The position numbers were made by a program, and so were the translations under genes. From a virus: a stretch of DNA of 64,000 nt. Positions 17,761 to 27,828 of the stretch are shown piece after piece. The notes under the pieces are model-generated. The model saw nothing but the letters and a program-made list of their open reading frames with translations, had not been told where the DNA came from and did not search any database. Each line of letters begins with the position of its first letter. The stretch's first letter is position 1. The stretch covers positions 1-64,000 of IMG/VR virus record IMGVR_UViG_3300048999_000056; one strand, given 5' to 3'.

Positions 17761-20700
17761 ATGAGCACCACGATCGATATCTTCTACCGCGACGCGCCCC
17801 CAGCCTTCAAAGAGGCTGAGCATCCACGCGCCAAGAGTGGCGAGTTCGCGAAGAAGGGTGAAGGCAGCGCAAGCGCCAAACCGCAAAAGGTTGCCAAGTC
17901 GGGCCTGCACGAGTTCACCAAGCAGACGCCACCTGAAGGCGATTTGCACGGCGTTGCCTTCAAGTCATGGACGCCGCCGAAAGACAATGACGGTTGGGAA
18001 AAGCTGGCTGACGAGTCGAAGTTCGACGAGCCTGCACTGCCCTCGTTGCCGAAAGGCAAACGCCAAGGGGCAGCCGTCATCGTGAAGGAGCCGGACGGTC
18101 GCGTGTGGATCGTCAAGCCGACAGAGAACTTCGGCGAGTTCAACACGACGTTTCCGGGTGGCGGTGTCGAAAAGGGCATGTCGCCGAAAGGCACTGCGCT
18201 GAAGGAAGCGTATGAGGAAAGCGGGCTCAAGCTGCAGCTGACGGGTGTCGCGGGTGACGTGGAACGTTCGACGCGCAACATACGCTACTATAATGCCAAG
18301 CGGACTGGTGGCACGCCAGCGGATCACGGCTGGGAATCGGAAGCTGTGTTGCTGGCGCACCCCTCCGACCTGCCCGACCAGTTCCACAACCACACGGATC
18401 AACAGATTGCTCATGCGTTCCTGGGTGCCCCGAAACCCAAGGAACAGGCGAGCGAAGGCAAGGCGTCCGGCACCGATCCATCTGAGTTGAAGGAACTGGT
18501 CAAGTCACCAGCGAAGCTGGACGCGCTGTCGGAGAGTTCGCACAAACTCGGCAAGAGCCTCGACGATCTGTCGGACGTGAGCAGTGCGGCGAAAGGTGTC
18601 ATCAACCAGTGGACCAGCCCCGATGGTTACAAGCGTATCAACAACCATCTGAGCGGCGCCTCGACTAATCCCAAGGCGGCGAAAGAGGCTGAGACGCTGC
18701 AGGCCGCTGTCATGGCGCACAAGCTGCCGCATGACGTGCATGCCTATCGCGGCATTCATGGGCCGCAGAGCGAAGCCATACGCTCGCGCAAGGAGGGTGA
18801 TACATTCGAGTATCCCGGCTTCCTGTCAACGACGATCGATCCGAAACGCGCCACGCACTTTGCCAGGGGCGGCAAGGGTGATCTGATCCACATGCAGCTG
18901 CCGAAGGGCGCCCCCGCGCTCTATGTCTCGCATCCGAATGTCAACAGCTGGGAAAGCGAGCGCGAGCTGCTACTACCGCATGGCAGCAAGTTCCGCTACA
19001 TCGGCAACGAGGATGTCGAAATACCGGAATACAACTACAGCGGTCAACAGACAGGCGGGCTGACGAAGGTCAAGCTGCACCATATCGAGCCGATCCTCGA
19101 CCAGTCGGCTACCGCACCTGACAAGCCATCCGCCGTTGCGCCGAAGGCATCAAAGCCTGAGCTACCGGAACCGAGCCCGCAATCGAAGCCGCAGCAGGCG
19201 ATGCACAAGATCGCAACCAGCTCACTGTCACCGAAGGACAAGCGCGCGAAGCTGCAGGACTTCGAAACCTATTCGGGCGGTTTCGCGGAAAAGTACAAGG
19301 CTGGCTTGTTGAAGGCGCTGGCGAACGATCGGCTGACGATTGACATCAACTTCCTCGACGACTTCGACCCGGCCGATCATCCGCAGGCGCCAGCGGGATC
19401 GAGCAAGGGCGGCCAGTTCATCGCCAAGGGCGAGGCGGCGGCATTGACCGAGGGTTTCGAGGCGCCGGACATCACGTCGAAGTCTGCCGCCAAATACTTC
19501 ACCAAGCCTGTCGCCGAATTGAAGAAAGCCGCCAAGAGCGGCGCCTCGCCGGAAGAGATCGCGGAAAAGATCAAGGCGATTGCCGGCGGTCACGCGCACT
19601 CGACCGTCGCGACGTATGCCAACAAGATCATACAGGCGCTTGAGCAGCACGTCGGGCACACGCCGGGCATACTCGGCAAGGCGACGGCGAAAGGCGGCCA
19701 GGCAGCCAAGCCAGAGGCTCCGGCAGCCCCTTCCCCGCCCAAGGCAGCAGAGCCCGAGGCGAAGCCGGCCAAGGCTGGCAACATTGTCACGAAGGAAGAC
19801 GCCGAAAAGTATGCGCCGGACGTGATCGCGCACCCCGAAGATTACACGACGGAATACGCCAGCAAAGTCTACGAAGCACTGCCGATCACCAGTCCGCACG
19901 TTGCAGCGATGTACGGCGTTATTTCAGCGAAGACGGCGGGCGCGAAGAAGCCAGAGGAAAAGCTGCCCTCGCCCAAGGATGAATCGCAGAAGAAGATTTA
20001 CAACACGGTTGCGCATCCGAATGCCAGTGCCGAGGCGAAGGCGGACGCCATCGTCAAGTTTGCGCTGCAAGGCCCGCAGGCAGTCAAGTCCTACGCCAAC
20101 CTTGCGTTGAAGGCGCTTGGTCAGCCCAAGATGTTTGAGCATCCGGGCGGTGAAGAGAAGAAGCCCGAGCCGGAGAAAGCGCCCGAGCCCGAGCTGCCCA
20201 AGCCCAACGAGCAATCGGAGATACAGAAGAACCTGTATTCGATCGCATCGTCGTCGAAGCCGAAAGACGAAAAGGTAGCCGCACTGCAAGCGCAGCCTGT
20301 GCCGACTGGCGGCTACTCGATCAAGTACAAGACTGAGCTGTTGAAAGCGCTGGGCGCCGGTCCAAGCCCAACACCGTCGAAGCCGGCATCAACTGTCATC
20401 GCTCCGAGCAATCCTCCGCCGAGCTGGAAAGCCGGCATGGCGGTGCTCGAAAATGCGACGCGCAACGAGTCCAGCTCCTGGGACCAGGAGAAAGCGCGTA
20501 CGGTCATGCCGACTGCCAAGCAGGGTTATTGGAACAAGCATCCTGAGCAACGAGCCGCGTGCAAAACCTACATCGGCAGTTCGGGCGGCATCAACGGTGC
20601 ATTGCGGCATCCGCAGAGCGCGTCGCAGCACTACATCGACGCAATTCATGCCATTGACGCAGCCTTCTTGGAAGATGCGGCGCTGACAACTCAGGACATG

Positions 20701-21042
20701 GTTGTGCATCGTGGTCTGCCGTTGGTGACTGCCAACGGCAAGCAGACCATTCCTCTTGAAGATATCAAGGAACGCTTGGCGAAGGGACTGCCGTCATCCT
20801 TCCAGTGGGACGGCTTTGTATCAACGTCGTTTGCCAGCGCTGCGGCGTTTTCGGGGAATGACGTGCAGGTTGAAATCGGCGTCAAGAAAGGCAGCCCCGC
20901 TCTGGCCTGGGGCGGCTCGATCGGCCTTGGTAAAGAGAACGAAGTGCTGCTTGAGCATGGTCGGTCCTTTCAGGTGCTGTCGCTTGAAGAAATACCAAGC
21001 CCCGGCAAGACACGTTATCGCGTGAAGGTGGTGATGAAATGA
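17761..21042 (+). CDS. Polyvalent protein: Nudix hydrolase plus two VIP2-like ADP-ribosyltransferase domains
   Basis: Nudix box GGGVEKGMSPKGTALKEAYEESG; ART1 YRG..GFLSTT..ERELLL; ART2 HRG..GFVSTS..ENEVLL; lies two genes upstream of MuF. Confidence 0.85.
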   Translation: MSTTIDIFYRDAPPAFKEAEHPRAKSGEFAKKGEGSASAKPQKVAKSGLHEFTKQTPPEGDLHGVAFKSWTPPKDNDGWEKLADESKFDEPALPSLPKGKRQGAAVIVKEPDGRVWIVKPTENFGEFNTTFPGGGVEKGMSPKGTALKEAYEESGLKLQLTGVAGDVERSTRNIRYYNAKRTGGTPADHGWESEAVLLAHPSDLPDQFHNHTDQQIAHAFLGAPKPKEQASEGKASGTDPSELKELVKSPAKLDALSESSHKLGKSLDDLSDVSSAAKGVINQWTSPDGYKRINNHLSGASTNPKAAKEAETLQAAVMAHKLPHDVHAYRGIHGPQSEAIRSRKEGDTFEYPGFLSTTIDPKRATHFARGGKGDLIHMQLPKGAPALYVSHPNVNSWESERELLLPHGSKFRYIGNEDVEIPEYNYSGQQTGGLTKVKLHHIEPILDQSATAPDKPSAVAPKASKPELPEPSPQSKPQQAMHKIATSSLSPKDKRAKLQDFETYSGGFAEKYKAGLLKALANDRLTIDINFLDDFDPADHPQAPAGSSKGGQFIAKGEAAALTEGFEAPDITSKSAAKYFTKPVAELKKAAKSGASPEEIAEKIKAIAGGHAHSTVATYANKIIQALEQHVGHTPGILGKATAKGGQAAKPEAPAAPSPPKAAEPEAKPAKAGNIVTKEDAEKYAPDVIAHPEDYTTEYASKVYEALPITSPHVAAMYGVISAKTAGAKKPEEKLPSPKDESQKKIYNTVAHPNASAEAKADAIVKFALQGPQAVKSYANLALKALGQPKMFEHPGGEEKKPEPEKAPEPELPKPNEQSEIQKNLYSIASSSKPKDEKVAALQAQPVPTGGYSIKYKTELLKALGAGPSPTPSKPASTVIAPSNPPPSWKAGMAVLENATRNESSSWDQEKARTVMPTAKQGYWNKHPEQRAACKTYIGSSGGINGALRHPQSASQHYIDAIHAIDAAFLEDAALTTQDMVVHRGLPLVTANGKQTIPLEDIKERLAKGLPSSFQWDGFVSTSFASAAAFSGNDVQVEIGVKKGSPALAWGGSIGLGKENEVLLEHGRSFQVLSLEEIPSPGKTRYRVKVVMK

Positions 21043-21233
21043 ACGATGACGAAGACGACAAGAAGCAGGACGAGATACCGGACCGCTTCTTAGAAGCACC
21101 GAAAGTCTACTTCGGCGAAGAGCTGGTCTACGATCCGCATGAGGATGAAAAGGAGGACAAGAAAACCTCCGATGCCCATCCTGGCAAAGACGCATTGAAG
21201 CAAATCAGGCAGAGATGGTCGAAGAGGCGGTGA
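21039..21233 (+). CDS. Small acidic protein coupled to the ART gene
   Basis: ATGA overlap; D/E/K rich. Confidence 0.6.
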   Translation: MNDDEDDKKQDEIPDRFLEAPKVYFGEELVYDPHEDEKEDKKTSDAHPGKDALKQIRQRWSKRR

Positions 21234-21234
21234 C

Positions 21235-22059
21235 ATGCTTGATCGCGTTGGCACGTTCGACGCTTATCAGGAAACCCAGCAAGAGCGGGCAGCCTTCGCC
21301 AAGATACGCAACTCGGAGCGATATTATGGAGCCCAGCTCAGAAAGATTGCCAACGCCATCGAAACTCTCGTCAACGGTATGCAGCCCGATAATGCCGCCG
21401 ATCTGGACACTCTGCAACGTATTCTGGAACGGTATTCCGATCTGCTTCGCCCTTGGGCTCGCTCAGTGGCACGCCGCATGCTGGCAGATGTCGAGCGCCG
21501 CGATCGAACGGCTTGGATCAAATACTCTCGCTTCATGGGAGTGACGCTGCGGCACGAACTGTTGAACACACCGATCGGTGAGGACCTCAACTTGCTGATG
21601 GATCAGCAGGTCAACCTTATCACGTCACTGCCGCTTGAAGCCGCAAGGCGCGTGCACGACATCGCAATCGGCAACCTATACGGTGGCGAACGTGCGAGCG
21701 AGATCGTCAAGCAGATAATGCTGACAGGGCAAGTGACGAAGGCACGTGCCAACCTGATCGCGCGCACGGAAACGTCGCGTGCATCAACAATGCTGACGAT
21801 GGCACGTGCGAAGCAGATCGGCTCGACCGGCTACATCTGGCGGTCATCGCGTGACTACAAGGTGCGCCCCGAGCTGGGCATTCGCAACTTCGCCAAACTC
21901 AACACGCTGCCGATGGGCAGCCATCGCAAACTTGACGGCACCTTCCACGCATGGACCGATCCGCCGATTGCTGATCCGTCCGGTGTGCGCGCGCATCCTG
22001 GCGCGATCTACAATTGCCGCTGCTATGCGGAGCCTGTTTTACCGGACCAATACATATGA
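21235..22059 (+). CDS. MuF/SPP1 gp7-family minor head protein
   Basis: RANLIARTETSRA, YIWRSSRD..VR, HPG.IYNCRCYAEPV. Confidence 0.92.
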   Translation: MLDRVGTFDAYQETQQERAAFAKIRNSERYYGAQLRKIANAIETLVNGMQPDNAADLDTLQRILERYSDLLRPWARSVARRMLADVERRDRTAWIKYSRFMGVTLRHELLNTPIGEDLNLLMDQQVNLITSLPLEAARRVHDIAIGNLYGGERASEIVKQIMLTGQVTKARANLIARTETSRASTMLTMARAKQIGSTGYIWRSSRDYKVRPELGIRNFAKLNTLPMGSHRKLDGTFHAWTDPPIADPSGVRAHPGAIYNCRCYAEPVLPDQYI

Positions 22060-22197
22060 TCTTCGTCATTGAGTGCTGCCAATACGAGTCCTCGTGGTTG
22101 CCGCGCGATTACGATCGCAGCTTGGCGGCAGCATTCGATATTCAACAATGGCTCGAATACCGTATCGGCATTCCGACCCGCATTCGAGAGGTAAGTT

Positions 22198-22542
22198 ATG
22201 AGCAGGCACGAAACGCTCCTACAGCTGATCGACGAGACAGCACGAGTGTTGGACAAACCGCAACATTGGTGCCGCAAGACAGCGGCGAGGAACGCGCACG
22301 GCGCGGTGGTCAAGCCTTGGGCGCCTGATGCCGTTGAGTTCTGCCTGACCGGCGCGATCGAGCGCGTCTGCTGGCTGACCGACAACATGCAGCTAGAGCC
22401 TGCGATGAAAGGCTTGTTCGAAGCCGAGTGCTGGCCGGTCGGTCTTGCGGTCGTCAACGATTACGAGGGCACCGATTTCGCGGAAATCAGGCGGATCATC
22501 GGTGCGGTTCGCCATAAGGTTGAACAGAATGCCGCATCGTAA
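22198..22542 (+). CDS. Hypothetical protein (DUF6197-like)
   Basis: W....AR...G.........A..FCLTGAI pattern. Confidence 0.5.
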   Translation: MSRHETLLQLIDETARVLDKPQHWCRKTAARNAHGAVVKPWAPDAVEFCLTGAIERVCWLTDNMQLEPAMKGLFEAECWPVGLAVVNDYEGTDFAEIRRIIGAVRHKVEQNAAS

Positions 22543-22843
22543 TTCCCACTGGCCGTATCGCGACAACGAGTTGCGGTGGTATCAGTCGCAGGGCATGGAG
22601 TGGGGTGAGATCGCCGATCGTATGCACCTGCCTACTGCGTCCGTCCGCTCGCGCGGCAAGCGGATCGGGCTCGACAATTCGCGGATGACATCATGCAACC
22701 GGCTGCCGATCCAGAAGGCAGCCCAGCGCGAATACAAGGGACAGGTTGTCGCGACGAACCAATCGACGTTGCCGCCGCTGCCATCTTTGCAGATGCCCAT
22801 GCCGGAAATCCATATCGAGGACAACGATGTCAACGACTGTTGA
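22529..22843 (+). CDS. HTH protein, GcrA N-terminal-like
   Basis: W......LR.....G....EIA..M......V..R..RIGL. Confidence 0.5.
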   Translation: MPHRNSHWPYRDNELRWYQSQGMEWGEIADRMHLPTASVRSRGKRIGLDNSRMTSCNRLPIQKAAQREYKGQVVATNQSTLPPLPSLQMPMPEIHIEDNDVNDC

Positions 22844-24347
22844 TCGCGCTACCCTTGATCGGGTGCGAGACTACTTCACGACGGAATCGCTTGGCGACAC
22901 GCAGTCGTTGACGCCGGAGGGTTTCCTGCTATGCAGGAACGTGCCGATCGCACGCACCGGCTCGCAGATTTACGGTCCTGGCGAAATCCCTGTCGAGCCC
23001 GGCGCTGATGGTTTGGTCAACATCACGCGTGACGAGGCAGAGGTATTCCGCCCTGACACGATTGCATCCTTCAACGGCAAACCGATTGTTGATGAACATC
23101 CGCGCGAAGGCAAGGTGACGCCGCTCCTGTGGCGACAGAAATCGGTTGGCGTTGTGCTCAATCCCCGGCGCGGCGACGGTCTGCAATACGACAATGCCTT
23201 CATGTATGCGGACCTGTTGGTACAAGATCAGGCTGCCATCGACGCCGTCCGCGATGGCAAGCGGGAAGTTTCGGCTGGCTACGACGCCGAATACTTGCAG
23301 ACCGCGCCGGGACAGGGACGGCAGCGTAATATCGTAGGAAACCACGTGGCGCTCGTCGATAAAGGGCGTTGCGGTCCACGTTGTGCCATAGGAGATGAAC
23401 AAGACATGGCCAGTCGCGTTAGAATGTTCAAGGACCGCATTCGTCGTGCGGTCACGAAGGACGAAGTGCTTTCCGCTGTCACCGAACTCAGCAAGGACCC
23501 GGAGCTGATGGGCGAAGTGCTGTCCGGTGACGACGATACGCCGTTGGAGAGCGGCCCCGACAACGCCAAGCATCATGTCACGATCAACGTGCATGGTGGC
23601 AAGGCGTCGGAGGAAAAGCCGGACCTGCCGAACGGCAATGGCAATGGCAACGGAGGAGACCCGCCTGCCGTGTCGAACAGCAATGGTCCCGCCAACGGCG
23701 GGGAAGGTGATCGCGTCGCAGCGCTTGAGGCGCGGCTCGATCAGGTTGAACAGGTGCTCGCCATGCTTGCCGGAGAAGATGAAGGCGGCGAGGGCGGTGG
23801 TGAGCAGCCCGGCAGTGAGCAGCCCAACGGCGATCGTCGCTTTGCTGATGAAGGCAACGGCGACGATGACGACAAGAGCAGCGGCGATCGTGCCCATACA
23901 GGCGATCGGCGCGCGATGGTCGGCGACAGCTCGTCAATGCGCGATGGCTTCCAGCGCATGCTATCGCAGGCTGAAATCCTGATGCCCGGTATTCAGCTGA
24001 TCACGTTCGACGCTGCCTCGCCGGCCCGCACAACGTTCGACGCCATGTGCAACTTCCGGCGCCGCACGTTGGAGGCTTCCAAGGGCACCGACAAGGGCAA
24101 GGCGGCAATCGAGCAAGTCATGGACGGCAAGCTACCCAAGTCCTTCCACGACGCTTCCATGACCTGCGACACGATCGGTACAGTGTTCACCGGAGCATCG
24201 TCGCTGATCGCGCAGCAGAATGCCGGTCGCGCGACCCAGCCGCACTTCGGCGCCAATGGTGAGCGCAACGGGTTCTCCACCAAGACGCCGACGCCGGCAG
24301 ACATCAACAAGCGTATGCGCGACTTCTACGCTGGTGCTGCGCGCTGA
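22827..24347 (+). CDS. DUF2213 prohead protease/scaffold protein
   Basis: TPEGFLLC.NVPIARTG.Q.Y, SFNGKPIVDEHP, EVSAGYDAEY, NHVALV..GRCG.RCAIGD; acidic scaffold tail. Confidence 0.9.
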   Translation: MSTTVDRATLDRVRDYFTTESLGDTQSLTPEGFLLCRNVPIARTGSQIYGPGEIPVEPGADGLVNITRDEAEVFRPDTIASFNGKPIVDEHPREGKVTPLLWRQKSVGVVLNPRRGDGLQYDNAFMYADLLVQDQAAIDAVRDGKREVSAGYDAEYLQTAPGQGRQRNIVGNHVALVDKGRCGPRCAIGDEQDMASRVRMFKDRIRRAVTKDEVLSAVTELSKDPELMGEVLSGDDDTPLESGPDNAKHHVTINVHGGKASEEKPDLPNGNGNGNGGDPPAVSNSNGPANGGEGDRVAALEARLDQVEQVLAMLAGEDEGGEGGGEQPGSEQPNGDRRFADEGNGDDDDKSSGDRAHTGDRRAMVGDSSSMRDGFQRMLSQAEILMPGIQLITFDAASPARTTFDAMCNFRRRTLEASKGTDKGKAAIEQVMDGKLPKSFHDASMTCDTIGTVFTGASSLIAQQNAGRATQPHFGANGERNGFSTKTPTPADINKRMRDFYAGAAR

Positions 24348-24377
24348 TCAACCATTATCGTGAAAGGATAAAAGACA

Positions 24378-24899
24378 GTGGTTGCTTACCTCACTCGTAT
24401 GCCGGCTGGAATCCCCGGCGAGGTCAACAGGGGTTTCCATGCGATCATCGAACCGGCAGCGTTGACACCGCTTGGCGTAGCCGGTCATCCGACCGCTTAC
24501 GGCATTCCCCTCGTGATCAACTCCGCTGCCGGCCAGATCGGCCGTATGCGGATGGTCGCAGCGTCCGGTGACGTGGCTGCAAGCATCTACGGATTGCTTG
24601 CGCGTCCGTTCCCGACCAACAACAGTCAGGACCCGCTGGGCACGTCTACGCCTGCGCCTGATGGTCCGTGCGACGTGCTGCGGTTCGGTTACATGACCGT
24701 GCTGCTGTCCGGTTCGGCTGCAGCCGTCAAGGGCAGTCCGGTGTTCTTCTGGCCGGCTGCGCCGAGCGGCACGCATATCACGGGCGGTTTCGAGGCGGAC
24801 AACGGTGGCGGCACGGGCCTCGTTATTCCAGGCTCGTCCTTCATGGGACCGGCGGACGCCAATGGCAACGTCGAAATCAGCGTCAACTTCGGCGCCTGA
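24378..24899 (+). CDS. Capsid cement/decoration protein
   Basis: AYLTRMPAGIPG start; sits between the protease and MCP genes. Confidence 0.75.
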   Translation: MVAYLTRMPAGIPGEVNRGFHAIIEPAALTPLGVAGHPTAYGIPLVINSAAGQIGRMRMVAASGDVAASIYGLLARPFPTNNSQDPLGTSTPAPDGPCDVLRFGYMTVLLSGSAAAVKGSPVFFWPAAPSGTHITGGFEADNGGGTGLVIPGSSFMGPADANGNVEISVNFGA

Positions 24900-24930
24900 T
24901 CTTCATAGCGATACAGGAGTTTAGCACAAC

Positions 24931-26034
24931 ATGCACGCGAGCAAGCCCGTCCGCTCCGCGGACTCAACCATGCTGTCGCGGCCGGGATTGATTCGCCCGA
25001 CCGATGACGATCAGAAGTGGGTCAACCACTTCACAACTGACAACTTCATGACTTTCGACAACGCGTCGCAGTTCACCATTGACTCCACTGGCGCGTTCCT
25101 GATCGGTGAGCTGGAGCGTCTCGACCAGTCGCTGCACGAGCCGCTTGTTGCAGTGACGTGGGGCCGCGATATCGATCTGCGTGAAGACGTGACGATCGCA
25201 GACGAGGTATCGTCCTTCACGCTGTCATCGTTCGCGTCTCCTGGTGGCATCACGCCAACAGGTAAGGCGTGGATCGGCAAGGACTCCAACGCGATCAGCG
25301 GCGTTGCCCTGGATATCGGCAAGGTGACGAACCCGCTGCTACCGTGGGGGCTTGAACTCAAGTGGACGTTGATGGAACTTGAGTCGGCTGCCAAGATCGG
25401 CCGCCCTGTTGACACCCAGAAATACGACGGCATGAAGCTGAAGTATCAGATGGATGTTGACGAAATGGTCTACGTGGGCGATACCACGTATGGCAAGTTC
25501 GGCATGTTCAACAGTCCGCTGATCACGCCAGCCAACGTTTCAGCTACCGGCACCGGCACGCCGAACACGGCATGGGTTTCGGCAGCGGGCGTTCTGACGA
25601 AGACACCTGACAACATTCTGCAGGATGTCAACGAGCTGCTGACTGCAACCTGGGTAGCGTCAGGTATGGCACTCGTGCCGACCGAACTCAGGCTGCCGCC
25701 GCTGGCATTCTCGGCTCTGTCGTCAAACAAGGTGTCCGACGCTGGTAACGTGTCGATCATCGAGTTCCTGCGTAACAACTCGTTGACCAACGCGAGCTAC
25801 GGGCGTCCGCTCAACATCCAGCCGGTGAAGTGGCTGACCGGTGCGGGTGCAAGCGGCACCAACCGCATGGTTGCATACACGAAGGATCGCGACCGTATCC
25901 GCTATCCCCTCGTGCCGCTGCAGCATACGCCGGTTGAGTATCGCAGCATTTGGCAGATCACCACCTACTTCGGGCGTCTCGGTGTTGTCGAGATCGTCTA
26001 CCCGGAGACGATCGGCTACCGCGACGGTCTGTGA
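24931..26034 (+). CDS. Major capsid protein (DUF2184 family)
   Basis: GAFLIGELERLD..L.EPL...TWGRDI.LREDV, GRPVDTQK, RMVAY, YPETIGYRDG. Confidence 0.92.
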   Translation: MHASKPVRSADSTMLSRPGLIRPTDDDQKWVNHFTTDNFMTFDNASQFTIDSTGAFLIGELERLDQSLHEPLVAVTWGRDIDLREDVTIADEVSSFTLSSFASPGGITPTGKAWIGKDSNAISGVALDIGKVTNPLLPWGLELKWTLMELESAAKIGRPVDTQKYDGMKLKYQMDVDEMVYVGDTTYGKFGMFNSPLITPANVSATGTGTPNTAWVSAAGVLTKTPDNILQDVNELLTATWVASGMALVPTELRLPPLAFSALSSNKVSDAGNVSIIEFLRNNSLTNASYGRPLNIQPVKWLTGAGASGTNRMVAYTKDRDRIRYPLVPLQHTPVEYRSIWQITTYFGRLGVVEIVYPETIGYRDGL

Positions 26035-26140
26035 TCAACGAATTTGGGTAGGGTGCTCGGCCCCCAAACACCGATAACAACTGAAAGGTGGGCGCCCTAT
26101 TACGCCATTCGTTTAGTTCTTCAACAAACGGGAGTTTGAT

Positions 26141-26611
26141 ATGAGCGACAATCCCCAGCAATCCGACGCTGGTCTGCAAGAAGCTGCGGCTGCCGGGAAT
26201 CAAGAGGCTGCTATGCAGCCTCCGTCCGATCAGACCGACACGCCTGAAGGCATGGTGCGCGTGCAGATCGTGCAGAACTTCCGCCTCGTGCGCGACGATC
26301 ACACGACGCAGGAGTTCACCGAACGCGGCACCAACTGTGGGCTGCCTGGCTTCTACGACGTGACGCCTGAAGACGCCAACCATTGGTTTCTGCAGGCGCA
26401 CTCGGCAAACCCTCCGGAACCGCTGCCGCCGATGGCCGGGACCGCGCGGGCAGCGGAGATCGAGCAACGCAAGAACCATCGGCGCCGGCTGGCGGAGATG
26501 GCAGCGGATCAGGAAGAGCAGAACGCAGCGACGGAGGTCCGCCGCGATCGGCAAAACCGCGTCCGCCGCGCGCTCGGGCCGACGGGCGGTGACTTCGAAC
26601 AAGCGCCGTAA
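26141..26611 (+). CDS. Hypothetical head-associated protein
   Basis: GGGAG RBS; PG.Y.V....A.HWF..AH motif; follows MCP. Confidence 0.6.
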   Translation: MSDNPQQSDAGLQEAAAAGNQEAAMQPPSDQTDTPEGMVRVQIVQNFRLVRDDHTTQEFTERGTNCGLPGFYDVTPEDANHWFLQAHSANPPEPLPPMAGTARAAEIEQRKNHRRRLAEMAADQEEQNAATEVRRDRQNRVRRALGPTGGDFEQAP

Positions 26612-26623
26612 CGGAGGCTCAAC

Positions 26624-27376
26624 ATGCCGCTGACGGAAAAAGGCTCCGAGATCATGTCCAACATGAAGGAGCAGTACGGCTCGGAGAAAGGCGAACAGGT
26701 CTTCTATGCGAGCAAGAACAAGGGCAAGATCAGCGGCGTGGACTCACAGGACCTGCCGCTGCAGAACTTGATGGAGAAACTGATGGGCAAATTCGCCAAG
26801 GATGAAGACAACGGCGGTGGCGCACGTGCAGCCCCGCCGATGCGTCCGGAGGGCAAGGAGGTTGATGCCATCGGCGTGCAGCTGTCTGGTGACAAGCGCG
26901 CTTTCTTCAAGGGCGCCTTCAAGGATGCACGCCGATTCCTGTCGATCGGCGATTCCTTCAAGTATGCGCTCGATCAGATCAAGGAAGCCGAGGAAGCGCC
27001 GCCCATGCGGCCAACCGGCGATCGTGCCGCGCAGTTGCGGTGGGCAATGGATCAGGTGGGAATGAACCTGCCACGCCCCGAGGGCACCCAGCGCGCAGTC
27101 AAGGCACCAAAGGGCGACTCTGGCACTGCCGAGGGCGCGCGCAAAGCTGCCCAGACGCGTGGTAGTGGTGGTGGCGCGGCGGCTCGGAACATTGGACGTG
27201 GCATTGCCTCGCAGTCACTGCGGGGTGCCGAGGCGCGGCGCCATGGGATCAAGCCGGGCCACCAAATCCAGCCGCAAGGCGGCGGCCGGACGCAGACTGT
27301 CCACTCGGTCCATGGCACCACGATCAACACGCACGAGGGTAACAGCTATCACGCGACGAAGGTGCGCCGCGTATGA
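26624..27376 (+). CDS. Hypothetical (possibly internal head) protein
   Basis: GGAGG RBS; MPLTEKG..IM..M..QYG.EKGEQVFYAS.NKG.I.GV N-terminus. Confidence 0.65.
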   Translation: MPLTEKGSEIMSNMKEQYGSEKGEQVFYASKNKGKISGVDSQDLPLQNLMEKLMGKFAKDEDNGGGARAAPPMRPEGKEVDAIGVQLSGDKRAFFKGAFKDARRFLSIGDSFKYALDQIKEAEEAPPMRPTGDRAAQLRWAMDQVGMNLPRPEGTQRAVKAPKGDSGTAEGARKAAQTRGSGGGAAARNIGRGIASQSLRGAEARRHGIKPGHQIQPQGGGRTQTVHSVHGTTINTHEGNSYHATKVRRV

Positions 27377-27828
27377 CAGCGCTATCAGCTACTCAGTTCC
27401 GCGCGCTGTTTCCGGCGTTCCGTGATCCGGCCGCGTTTGTCGATGGCGAGGTTGAGGCGTGGCTCGACATTGCCGACAAGGCGCTCGACCCGATGATCTG
27501 GGCGAACTATCGCGATCTCGCCATGGCGTTGTTCACGGCCCACAATATCGTGTTGAGCCGACGCGACGAAAAGGCAGCCGACAGCGGCGGTGTGCCCGGC
27601 TCGCCGGTTAGCGGCGTTGTGGCGTCGAAGAGTGTTGGCGCCGTCTCCATCAGCTACGACACGCAAGCCGGACTGGAGCAGAATGCCGGCGCATGGAACC
27701 TGACCAACTACGGCACGCGCTTCTATCGACTGATGCGCCTTGCCGGTATGGGCGGAACGCAACTTGGTGGTCCTGATGTTCAACTTGGTCCAACGTTCGG
27801 ACCGGCATGGCCCGGCGTGCTCGAATGA
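27373..27828 (+). CDS. Head-tail adaptor (DUF4054 family)
   Basis: FR..FPAF.D, LFTAH, SKSVG.VS.SYD, WN.T.YG..F. Confidence 0.85.
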   Translation: MTALSATQFRALFPAFRDPAAFVDGEVEAWLDIADKALDPMIWANYRDLAMALFTAHNIVLSRRDEKAADSGGVPGSPVSGVVASKSVGAVSISYDTQAGLEQNAGAWNLTNYGTRFYRLMRLAGMGGTQLGGPDVQLGPTFGPAWPGVLE

